Assembly (NCBI GenBank): GCA_036626215.1
Contig: JAZKSG010000002.1
Coordinates: 1 to 59,597, forward strand
Source: Thermoplasmatota archaeon
Lineage (GTDB): Archaea > Thermoplasmatota > E2 > DHVEG-1
Reading direction: 5' to 3'
DNA length: 59,597 nucleotides
In this document: piece by piece, positions 38,326-46,703 of the stretch
How the letters are laid out: each line of letters opens with the position of its first letter
Numbering within the stretch: the stretch's first letter is position 1
The notes under the pieces: model-generated
What the model was told of the DNA's origin: nothing
Databases searched by the model: none
The model's input: only the letters and a program-made list of their open reading frames with translations
Made by a program: the position numbers and the translations under genes

Positions 38326-38816
38326 GAAGATTTATTTCTAAATCTGTTATTGAATCGGTTGACTATGACAACTTTGAGTTTTTTACAGATTTAATCAAAA
38401 AACTTGCACATTATGAAAAACAAAACCCGCCAGATAGAGATGCTTTGAAACGTCTGAAACAGGACTACTTTGACAATAGACGTTTTAAGGCTTTTTTAGC
38501 AAGATATGGTGAAGAATATGTGGGTTATGTAATTTTTTTTATGACTTATTCAAGTTATCTCGCCAAACCTACGCTTTATATCGAGGATATTTTTGTAGAT
38601 AAAGAGTATCGGCGGAGAGGTATCGGACAAAAAATGTTTGATTTCTGTGTAAAACAAGCAGAAAAACATGACTGCGGTAGGATGGAATGGTGTGTCTATA
38701 ATTGGAATCAGTCTGCTATAGATTTTTATAGGGAAAACAATGCAGAACTGTTAGACAAAAAATATTATAGATTAAACAGGGAACAGATAGAGAAACATAG
38801 GGAAACTCGGCGTTAG
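38322..38816 (+). CDS. GNAT-family N-acetyltransferase
   Basis: YIEDIFVDKEYRRRGIGQKMFDF ... NQSAIDFYRENN. Confidence 0.75.
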   Translation: MRRFISKSVIESVDYDNFEFFTDLIKKLAHYEKQNPPDRDALKRLKQDYFDNRRFKAFLARYGEEYVGYVIFFMTYSSYLAKPTLYIEDIFVDKEYRRRGIGQKMFDFCVKQAEKHDCGRMEWCVYNWNQSAIDFYRENNAELLDKKYYRLNREQIEKHRETRR

Positions 38817-38819
38817 GAT

Positions 38820-39813
38820 CTACTTTTGTTTTTTTAGGGTGTAACCAAAGTTTTCAAAATATTCCTTCATAGTTTTATAAATAAGTTTCTCTGTAATCTC
38901 TACAGATTTAACTGTCTTGGTATGACGAGGTTCTACGAATCTACTGGCATCAAAATTTGTTTTTAAATCTAGAAAATCCAAGATGGCGCCGATGGTCTGG
39001 TTTGGTTTATTACAAAGATCTTCATATTTTATTGATACATAGTCTTTCTCAGGTATTTTATCGATGTTTTTAAGATAGTACTCTACATTCTTAGAGGAAC
39101 GTCGTATAAGTTCAAGTAATCCTATTGGGATTTTAGTGGAGAAAAATAATCTTAGAAAGTATCTAGAAATAGGGTTGTTAAAAAGTAGTTTATATTTTTT
39201 ATACATTAAACCAAAATATTCGTTTTTCTCTGTAAACCCTTTTTCTAGCATTCTTATCAGGGAGTTCAATACATCGATTGGGTTTCTATGGATAAATATA
39301 AATTTTGAGTTTGGAAACATTTTTTTTATGAATAAGAAAGTTGAAAAATCAAAAGGGTTTTTGAGTAATATAGGTTTTTCATTTTCTGAGATGTATTTTA
39401 TTTTTTTACATAGTGTTTCTATATAGGGGAGGGTGTCTGAGTTTAGATACCATGGGAAAACATATTCTGCATAGACAAATACGTATTCAACCGGTGATTC
39501 AGCAGATATAGATATATGGTCTGATCCTCTGTTATCAATATTTTTCTTGTTTATCGTATTATTTATCCTGTTTATAGTTTCCTTTTCTAAGTTTTTAATA
39601 TGGTTATATAACAGTTTTTCGTATTCTAAGATATGATATAGCCTAACTACGTTGAACTGATTTGTTTTATCAAGTATTTTGTATAATATGCTGGTTCCTG
39701 ATCGATGTTGTCCTACTATAAAAATAGGTTCAAAAGAGGTATCTTTAATTTTGTTTAGATACTTATCATCTGGACTATTTTTTTGTATGATTAATTATTG
39801 CCCCCTTAACCAT
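38820..39813 (-). pseudogene. Sulfotransferase gene broken by two 1-nt frameshifts at homopolymer runs
   Basis: The track shows only the 3' part. Upstream, the 5'-PSB motif IVGQHRSGTSILYKIL is in frame with it, but no start codon precedes it. The N-terminus (MVKGAIINHTKK / NSPDDKYLNKIKDTSFEP) lies in two other frames. Frame changes occur at the T8 run (39777-39784) and the A4 run (39720-39723). Confidence 0.6.
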
Positions 39814-40085
39814 AAATGAAAATATGGTTTTTTTATATAAAACATTATCTTTCCTTATTCAGCAGGGAAAAATTATTCTAATTTTCATAGCCTAAAAACC
39901 GAAGAAAATACAATGTTTTAACTGTATCATAATAAGCTTCAAATTCTTCAAAATTTGAGGGCGACATACAATTTAATGAATTAGTAAGGATAGGTAATAA
40001 TAGAAAACTATTGCCGAGCTCTAAAATCTTTAATTTTTGGATATGAAAATTATATTATTTAGATTGTCAGTTTAATAGAATTTCT

Positions 40086-40625
40086 TTAAAGTTTTGATAA
40101 TACATTTTGGAGTGAAAACGGTTTATAGTTTAGTAGTTCGGCACTAACATTTATTGTTTTGTTCTCTCTGTTTATCAAAGGATAATTCTTCAAATCATTA
40201 TTATGTTTATGCCCATGAATACTCCATCCATCCCACCAGCTAGGTATATATTCTGGGTCATGAGTTAACAAAAACTTTCTGCCATTATAGTGTATAATTA
40301 ATCTTGGAAAAAATTCTCTCCTTGTCTCATCGTGATTCCCTTTGATAACAACAATCTCTCCATTTAATTTGTTCAGCCAGTAGTCAGTCACTCTATTTCC
40401 TCTTCCAAATGTTAAATCTCCTAGAAAATAAACAACATCGTCTTTTCCAACTGTTTCATTCCATCTCTTCAGAATAGTGTTATTCATCTCACTAATTCTT
40501 TCGAAAGGTCGATTACAATACTTTATTATGTTATAATGATCTAAATGTAAATCACCGATAAAGAAAACATTTCTCTCCAAAATCTTAGACGAAAAACTAC
40601 GTCTATCGTTTGGATTCTCCCCCAT
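40086..40625 (-). CDS. Calcineurin-like metallophosphoesterase
   Basis: FFIGDLHLDH, FLGDLTFG, IKGNHD and GHKH motifs. Start proposed at MGENPND. The track ORF continues upstream into a pseudogene remnant. Confidence 0.7.
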   Translation of the reverse strand: MGENPNDRRSFSSKILERNVFFIGDLHLDHYNIIKYCNRPFERISEMNNTILKRWNETVGKDDVVYFLGDLTFGRGNRVTDYWLNKLNGEIVVIKGNHDETRREFFPRLIIHYNGRKFLLTHDPEYIPSWWDGWSIHGHKHNNDLKNYPLINRENKTINVSAELLNYKPFSLQNVLSKL

Positions 40626-41529
40626 CTCTATCTCTTTTGTAAAAACCAGATTTTCCTTCTGATACCTCTTTAAAGCTCCAAAAGATTGTGAAAATAGACT
40701 CTTGTCTTTTCCTTCTCTTCTGCTAAGGATTCTATTCAGAAAAAAATCATACTCCTTCAAAATTCTACGGTTTTTCAAAAGAGTAACTCTCATCGTCAAA
40801 TGTCTAAATTCAAGTTCTTTTCTACCCGCAACAAAACCAAATATTTTACCCAGTTCCCCTTGATCAGAAGCGTTTACCTGCATATCAATCCAGCCAAGAA
40901 CCAATGTAAGATTATCTGATAGAGTAAACAATTTTTTGTCTCTAAAATATAGCCCATTTTTTGGATTTTCGATTGTAATCTGTGGTTTGAAACCTGGTCT
41001 ATCTTTTGTAGTGAAACTCCAAATGTCCGAAGTATTTGTCCGTTTGCCATCATCCACGACAGCATACCATGAGTAACTACAGCCATATTCTAAATTAGTC
41101 CAAGTAGTAAAAACGGAGATCCACTGTCGACATCATATACCGTGTCTATTACGCTGTCAGTAGATGCATCGTAGAATCTAACTGTCATTGTGTCTTCATC
41201 CATATCTGGAACATAAACACTTAAGACAGGGTTAACATCAACATCCTCCTCGGAGTCTTCAGGATTAGGATTACATGGTTCATCAGACATATGGTATGGT
41301 TTGTATCTTCGTCAATAATTGTCGCATAGTCATGATCTGATACATAGGCATCATATGTAGTATTTGCCTCGACAAAAACATTATTTTCAGCGTTGGAATA
41401 AACTGTTGCATTGAAACAAATTATAATCTGTTCTCCAGGAGAGAAAACATTTTCGTAAAACCAGTATATATTATTAACACTAATTTCATCGGGAGTAACC
41501 GTAAAATTCCTGACATCTTCAATTAACAT
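40626..41529 (-). pseudogene. Frame-shifted remnants of a surface protein (DUF11-like plus Ig/FN3-like modules)
   Basis: Three overlapping frames. (1) 41529-41221: ...EQIIICFNATVYSNAENNVFVEA. (2) 41290-41090: PCNPNPEDSEEDVDVNPVLSVYVPDMDEDTMTVRFYDASTDS...DVDSGS. (3) Open from 41132 downward: TTWTNLEYGCSYSWYAVVDDGKRTNTSDIWSFTT. Fragments 2 and 3 together form one module, split near 41110-41120. The N-terminal signal region is missing. Confidence 0.5.
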
Positions 41530-42514
41530 TTTGAATGATATCTTTGTAAAGATTGATGTGCTGCTCCGCGATCCGTTCTATATTGAATTTTTCAGCGTGT
41601 TTTAATGATTTTTTTCTATATTTTTTTCTGAGGCTATCATTCTTTTTAAGTTCTTTAATCATTTCAACAATTTCTTCCAGGTCCTCACATAGTATACCGC
41701 CTCCGGAGAAAATTTCTTCGAAAACATCAAGGTCTTTCATTATCACGGGAAGACCCGTACTCATAGCTTCCAAGGGGGTAAGGCCGAAGGTTTCAAAGTT
41801 ACTGGTCGTAAGAAATAAATCAGCGGCACAGTAGTAGTCCCTGGCCCTCTCAATAAAGCCGGGGAATGTTAAATTCTTGTATTTTTTATTCACGGTCTCT
41901 TTTATTTCACTGTGGCCAGAAGAAAATATAGAATAAGGTATCCCACCGACCCATATAAATTCAGCGTCAGGAACTTTCCTTGAGGTTTTTACGAAATCAA
42001 AAAAACCCTTTCTCGGTGTTTTTTGTCCGACATTAAGAATTAAAAAGTCATCCTCCTCAAGTCCGTGCTTTTTACGGATCCTGTTTCTGGCTTCCTTGCT
42101 AAATGAGAATTTTTCTCTATCAACACCATTGTAGATGACAGATATGTCTTTCCTTATTCCCATATCTATAAGCTCCCTTTTACTTGTCTCAGAAACCGCT
42201 ATTATATAGTTGAACTTATTGTAAATTTTTCTGTAAACTTTCCGCCAGAATCCCTCGCTTAGAGAGACATTCCCAGGATTAGCCTTGGGTGTAGAGTGGG
42301 CGGTTAAAACAGAAGGACAACTCCTCTTAAGGAGAATATACCATGCAAACGGTCCAAACGTATGAAAATGCGCCACATCAAAGATATCATCCGTTGAATT
42401 CCATTCCTTTTCTATAGAAAGATTTCTGTAGAGGTTCTTAGCCAAGGTTGAGCATCCAATGTATTTCATAGCCTTGAAATCTTCAACTATAAAGTTCGCT
42501 TTCATAGATTCCAC
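41519..42514 (-). CDS. Group 1 (GT4) glycosyltransferase
   Basis: C-terminal E-x7-E region TSNFETFGLTPLEAMSTGLPVI. Overall GT-B layout. Confidence 0.85.
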   Translation of the reverse strand: MESMKANFIVEDFKAMKYIGCSTLAKNLYRNLSIEKEWNSTDDIFDVAHFHTFGPFAWYILLKRSCPSVLTAHSTPKANPGNVSLSEGFWRKVYRKIYNKFNYIIAVSETSKRELIDMGIRKDISVIYNGVDREKFSFSKEARNRIRKKHGLEEDDFLILNVGQKTPRKGFFDFVKTSRKVPDAEFIWVGGIPYSIFSSGHSEIKETVNKKYKNLTFPGFIERARDYYCAADLFLTTSNFETFGLTPLEAMSTGLPVIMKDLDVFEEIFSGGGILCEDLEEIVEMIKELKKNDSLRKKYRKKSLKHAEKFNIERIAEQHINLYKDIIQNVN

Positions 42515-42535
42515 GATACCTAGTATATTTGTTTT

Positions 42536-42637
42536 ATTTCAATCCCACAATGGTCTTATTTTAACGAACTATAAGAGATTTGCGATACACCATTACCGCT
42601 AATAGCATTTCAATCCCATAATGGTCTTATTTTAACG
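42536..42637 (-). CRISPR. Orphan mini-CRISPR: two 30-nt repeats and one 41-nt spacer
   Basis: ATTTCAATCCCACAATGGTCTTATTTTAAC (42536-42565) and ATTTCAATCCCATAATGGTCTTATTTTAAC (42607-42636) differ by 1 nt. The reverse complement is GTTAAAATAAGACCATTGTGGGATTGAAAT, ending in the ATTGAAAN tag typical of archaeal type I/III repeats, hence the minus-strand call. A possible degenerate third repeat starts at 42670 (TTTTCAATAC...). No cas genes in the window. Confidence 0.55.
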
Positions 42638-42789
42638 TGTTAGTGTTTGTTGAATGCCACATGAGTCGCTTTTCAATACTCCTGCTGAAATTGCTAATAT
42701 AAATCTTGATCTATGTGTAAAGAAACAGGAGAATCTAATTTTAATTGGTGCAAAACAAAAAGATAATTGTAATAAAAACAAATTATAAT

Positions 42790-43524
42790 TTATTTTTTAA
42801 GATCTTTTTGAAATTTTATCACTATATAAAAAGCTGGTATCAATAAAAGCATCATAGGAATCCAAAGATAAAAATGATATTCTATTGGAATTTTAATAAT
42901 ATCAAAAGTGATTAACATTTGAAACAAAACAAAAATCAGAAAAATTACTGCAATTAAATTCAATATTTTTTTCCACTTATTAATCCTTTCTTTTTTTTCA
43001 GGCTGTAACTTTTCAAACCATTTTTTATCATCACGATGAATTGCCCAAAGAGATATTGCTAATACTGACCACCACGCTGCTAATGGTATCCCAACGGCAA
43101 TTAACACTTCAGTCTGTCCATAATTTTTTATTTGAAAAATACGCTCCATAAAAACATAAACAATAATGCCTGAAATAATTAAAGTAACAATAGATTTTGC
43201 CCAGGCTTTACCAAGCTTTCTCATCCTTATCTTCTGATATGAATCCCAATCTTCAGGGAGAGTTTCAGTATTTTCACTATCGAAATATAAAGTATTTTCT
43301 CTTTTTTTATCTATAAAAACACCAATAATAAGTATCGAAAATCCTATTAATACAAGTAAATAAGAAATATATGGAATATTAAAATGAAAATGCAACTCCG
43401 TAAAATTTAGCAGAAAGACTAAACCTAAAACTACTAAAAAAGTAATTAATTTTAATTTCCAATAACGAAACGGGACATATAAATCAGCAATAAATGTGCC
43501 CCAATCAAATTTTTTTTGCATCAT
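42790..43524 (-). CDS. Polytopic membrane protein, unknown function
   Basis: About 6 hydrophobic helices. No recognisable motif. Confidence 0.4.
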   Translation of the reverse strand: MMQKKFDWGTFIADLYVPFRYWKLKLITFLVVLGLVFLLNFTELHFHFNIPYISYLLVLIGFSILIIGVFIDKKRENTLYFDSENTETLPEDWDSYQKIRMRKLGKAWAKSIVTLIISGIIVYVFMERIFQIKNYGQTEVLIAVGIPLAAWWSVLAISLWAIHRDDKKWFEKLQPEKKERINKWKKILNLIAVIFLIFVLFQMLITFDIIKIPIEYHFYLWIPMMLLLIPAFYIVIKFQKDLKK

Positions 43525-43557
43525 CCCATCATAAGAATATCTATATTTTCCTCGGTA

Positions 43558-43794
43558 TTAATATTTTTTGTAGAAATTTATTTTATCTATATGCAAACTC
43601 AAAAGATGTTCTCTTAGCTTTTCATGGGAAGAAAAACTTTCTCCACCAACAGAAGACCAAACATAAGGGAAACCTATCATTAAAGCAAAGAGAACTAAAA
43701 ATATTCCTCCAAGGCCCATTGATAATAATCGTCTCCAATTTATTTCTATCTTAGAACCAAGCAACCGCCTTTTTAAATCCTCGTCCATAATCAA
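43558..43794 (-). CDS. Small membrane protein (hypothetical)
   Basis: One hydrophobic helix (LLSMGLGGIFLVLFALMIGFPYVW). Weak support. Confidence 0.3.
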   Translation of the reverse strand: MIMDEDLKRRLLGSKIEINWRRLLSMGLGGIFLVLFALMIGFPYVWSSVGGESFSSHEKLREHLLSLHIDKINFYKKY

Positions 43795-43904
43795 TTACAC
43801 CGACTTTAAAAACCTCTCTTTCTGTTATAACATTTTTGACTTAAACAGAACTTTTCATTTAGGAAATAAAAAAACCTTTGTGGGCTTTGAATAACTGTTT
43901 CATA

Positions 43905-43978
43905 AGCCGCCGGAGGGATTTGAACCCTCGACCTGCTGATTACGAATCAGCTGCTCCAGCCAACTAAGCTACGGCGGC
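43905..43978 (-). tRNA. tRNA-Thr (anticodon CGT)
   Basis: Reverse complement GCCGCCGTAGCTTAGTTGGCTGGAGCAGCTGATTCGTAATCAGCAGGTCGAGGGTTCAAATCCCTCCGGCGGCT. Anticodon stem GCTGA/TCAGC with loop TTCGTAA. Confidence 0.9.
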
Positions 43979-44201
43979 ATATCTATTGTTTTTTTTTAGA
44001 AAAGGTTGAATGAGTTGGATTATTAAAAAACTGACTGTAACTCTTATAACTTTTTTTAGTGAAAAAACATTGACTGTTTTAAAATTTAACTATCGTTCTG
44101 TAAGATAATCTGTCTTTATAACGTTTTTACAAAAAAAATAGCAAAAGTTATGAAAGCTTTATGTGATATCAAGACCACAGTTAAAGAGGTGATTGTTTTT
44201 T

Positions 44202-44911
44202 GTGAAAGATTCATTAAGCGGAGTCGATGAAGCGGGTAGAAAATAGGACTAAAAAAATAGGTTTTTTGGTTCTGTTTGCCTAGAGGTCCAGTCATCGGCC
44301 CATTGGTTGTTGCAGGTGTCAAAGTTAGAGATGATAAACTTCTCATTCAGAACAACGTACGTGATTCCAAAAAAATTGCTCCGAAGAGAAGAGAGTTTTT
44401 AGCTAAAGGAATAAAAAAAACTGCTCTGAAATGTGAAACTCTCGTTATCCCTGCATCAGATATTGACGATATGCGTAAAGTTATGACTATGAACGAGATT
44501 GAGGTAAATGCCTTTGTTAAAATTGTTAAAGGGTTGAAACCTGATATCTGTTATGTTGATTCTTCAGATGTTAACGAAGAGCGTTTCAAAAATGATATTC
44601 TTTCAGGTTTAAGTTTTAAAACAGAGATTGTCTCTAAACATAAAGCTGATGATATTTATCCTGTTGTAGGTGCTGCATCTATAATCGCTAAGACTACGAG
44701 AGATGCAAAAGTCAGAGAGATAGAAAAAAAACTTAGAAAAAAATTGGATAAACCCTTAGGTAGCGGATATCCCTCAGATCAGATTACACGAGAGTTTTTA
44801 GAGGAATGGATGAAAGAGTATGGTAAACTGCCGCCGTATACTCGTCGTTCTTGGAATACCGCAAAGAAGTTAGTAAAGAAATATAGTACAAAAAGTTTAG
44901 ATGAATTCTAA
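44202..44911 (+). CDS. rnhB: Ribonuclease HII, interrupted by a 44-nt intervening sequence (exon 1 is 44202-44239, exon 2 is 44284-44911)
   Basis: GTG at 44202 follows GAGGTGA and reads MKDSLSGVDEAGR, then hits TAG. The track ORF (44276..) starts at ...RGPVIGPLVVAGV in another frame. Removing 44 nt joins GVDEAG|RGPVIGP in frame (666 nt, 221 aa). Downstream motifs: DSKKI, YVDSSD, HKADDIYPVVGAASIIAK. Confidence 0.8.
44240..44283 (+). other. Candidate bulge-helix-bulge (BHB) intron within rnhB
   Basis: A 16-bp helix pairs 44241-44256 with 44262-44277 (loop ATAGG). A 3-nt bulge AGA sits at 44238-44240. A 4-bp helix pairs GGGU 44234-44237 with GCCU 44278-44281. A second 3-nt bulge AGA sits at 44282-44284 on the opposite strand. 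The outer exon-exon helix is weak (C44233-G44285), followed by 8 bp pairing 44223-44230 with 44292-44299. The exact boundaries can slide within the TAGA direct repeat without changing the product. Confidence 0.65.
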
Positions 44912-44918
44912 AAAAAAA

Positions 44919-44967
44919 GAAGGAAGGAGGGGATGGGATGCGAAAAATCCTTATGCCTTCTTTTTTT
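44919..44967 (+). terminator. Hairpin plus T7 run downstream of rnhB
   Basis: GAAGG (44919-44923) pairs with CCTTC (44956-44960). An inner stem pairs AAGGA with TCCTT. TTTTTTT follows at 44961-44967. Confidence 0.4.
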
Positions 44968-45409
44968 ATGCGAGGGATGAGGAAATTGAAAATTATATGG
45001 CAGAAATGCCCGAAAGGGGAACTGGGCATTTCCCCCGTATCTAAGTCGTCTTTCTAACAGCCAAATAGTTGTTCATCATTTAAATACCTAAACAGGAGGG
45101 ATCGTTGAAAGTATTCAAAATATATATATATTTTAATATATCCTAAAAGCAATTCTAAAAGATATATCCATAAACTTTTCTAAAAAATTAGAAGAAAGGT
45201 AGGGTCTGGAAAAATTGGGATTGGTGAAATTCCTCACGGAAAATCCAGACCCCTTTTTCTTATAACCTCAAGGATGGGATGTAAAATTCCTTCCTCTGAA
45301 GGCAAAAAACCAAATGTTTGCTTTTAATATTTAAACATAATTTGTAAAAATTACATTTTGACAAAATGTCAAAAAAAGAAGATGGGGTGGCCGATGTGAA
45401 TTAATTTTT

Positions 45410-45805
45410 TTATGCAAAAGTTTTCTTTTTTTCGAAATCCTGATAACACCGCTCAATGCTTTCTACCAGCTGTTTTATATCCAAAGGTTTTGTCTGGTAA
45501 TCATGTATATATGTTCCTAATACAGACATGTTTTGGCTGTTCCTTGTACCTTTTCCCGTAATTATCAGAATTGATACGTTTTCTGTATATCCTCTTTCCA
45601 CTATTTCTTTTATAGTTTCCCATCCATCCATACGGGGCATCATGAGATCCATCAAGATGATTCCTTCAAAACCCTCTTCGACTCTGTTTAAACAATCTAT
45701 TCCATTATCAACAGTCAGGACTTCATAATTCTCTCGCTCTAGAATGGTTTTCAATGACGACAGTACATCTTTTTCATCATCTACAACCATTATTTTCCTT
45801 TCCAT
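45410..45805 (-). CDS. Stand-alone response-regulator receiver (CheY-like) protein
   Basis: MVVDDEKD, phospho-acceptor ILMDLMMPRMDG, ILIITGKG. Confidence 0.85.
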   Translation of the reverse strand: MERKIMVVDDEKDVLSSLKTILERENYEVLTVDNGIDCLNRVEEGFEGIILMDLMMPRMDGWETIKEIVERGYTENVSILIITGKGTRNSQNMSVLGTYIHDYQTKPLDIKQLVESIERCYQDFEKKKTFA

Positions 45806-46014
45806 TTTTTACTCATCCACCCAGCATTGATAATCAATGCCGTGATACACTCTCTCAATAATTGTATTTAAAGCCTCCGTGACAGAATAACAATATGTAA
45901 AAAACAGGAGAAAAAAAAACGGATAACAACTGTAAAGAAAGCCGACAACACCTGTACAACAAACCCTTTTAAAAAAGAAAAACAAAAAAGATAACTGGCG
46001 AGGGAGATAACGCT

Positions 46015-46368
46015 ATGAAAAAACTATTAGTAAAAGCACTAAAAAACACTTATGACATGACCAAAGAAGATGCCTCAGAACTAGCCAAAACAGTAGAAAA
46101 CATATTCAACGGAAAAAAAGAAATCAAAGATGACGAAATAGACAAATATGCAAGATCACTATTCTACGAACTACAAAGAGAAAAACTACTAAAAACACGA
46201 AGAGAAGAATTCAAAGAAGAAGGAAGATACATAAGGAAATACTACTGGGCATTCAACAACAAAATGATTAAAGAACTTGCCAATAAAAAAAGAAAAAAAG
46301 AAGACAGATACAAAATCTACAAAAAAATACCGCACAACGCCTGGGTTACACACTCATACTGCACATAA
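46015..46368 (+). CDS. Hypothetical basic protein
   Basis: ORF with plausible composition. No motif recognised. Confidence 0.4.
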   Translation: MKKLLVKALKNTYDMTKEDASELAKTVENIFNGKKEIKDDEIDKYARSLFYELQREKLLKTRREEFKEEGRYIRKYYWAFNNKMIKELANKKRKKEDRYKIYKKIPHNAWVTHSYCT

Positions 46369-46392
46369 AAAAAAGATGAACTGTTATTTTTT

Positions 46393-46665
46393 TTAGTTGT
46401 TCCTCTCAGGCGGATTCAAAAAACGATAATAACGATACATATCTTTGACATTTTTTTCTTTATTTTTATTTTCCCTCAAATCATACTGAAACTCAAAATG
46501 TAACTTCCATAAATAGATAAACAGAAAATACGTGCTAACTGCAGATGCAGACAAAAAAACAAGGCTAAAAAACCAATCTATAAAAAACAAAAACAATGCA
46601 AAACAGACTACAGACAACGACGAAAAAAACAATAGAAACGCCATGAATCTTTTTTTGTCTTCCAT
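46393..46665 (-). CDS. Small two-TM membrane protein (hypothetical)
   Basis: Hydrophobic helices only. Confidence 0.3.
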   Translation of the reverse strand: MEDKKRFMAFLLFFSSLSVVCFALFLFFIDWFFSLVFLSASAVSTYFLFIYLWKLHFEFQYDLRENKNKEKNVKDMYRYYRFLNPPERNN

Positions 46666-46703
46666 AGATTTTTAACCTGTTAAAAAAGTTGTTTTATAGA
46701 TAC

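Noticed and set aside
38000-43904. Search for a duplicated 3' fragment of tRNA-Thr(CGT) (AGCCGCCGGAGGGATTTGAACCC...) marking an integrated element.
   Set aside because: No second copy was seen by eye in the window, so no att sites can be claimed.
44238-44284. Translational bypassing (phage T4 gene 60-like hop) as the explanation for the rnhB interruption. The features that suggested it: identical AGA take-off and landing codons 44 nt apart, a UAG two codons after take-off, and a hairpin in the gap.
   Set aside because: The insert fits the specific 3-nt bulge / 4-bp helix / 3-nt bulge geometry of archaeal splicing substrates too well, and bypassing is not known in archaea. It is not excluded: only RNA and protein data can separate the two explanations. 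A 40-nt insertion with a TAGA target duplication was also considered, but the insert has no terminal inverted repeats.
44116-45029. Minus-strand track ORFs 44116..44346 and 44784..45029.
   Set aside because: The first is antisense to rnhB exon 1 and the intron. The second is antisense to the rnhB 3' end and the hairpin-rich spacer. Neither has recognisable motifs.
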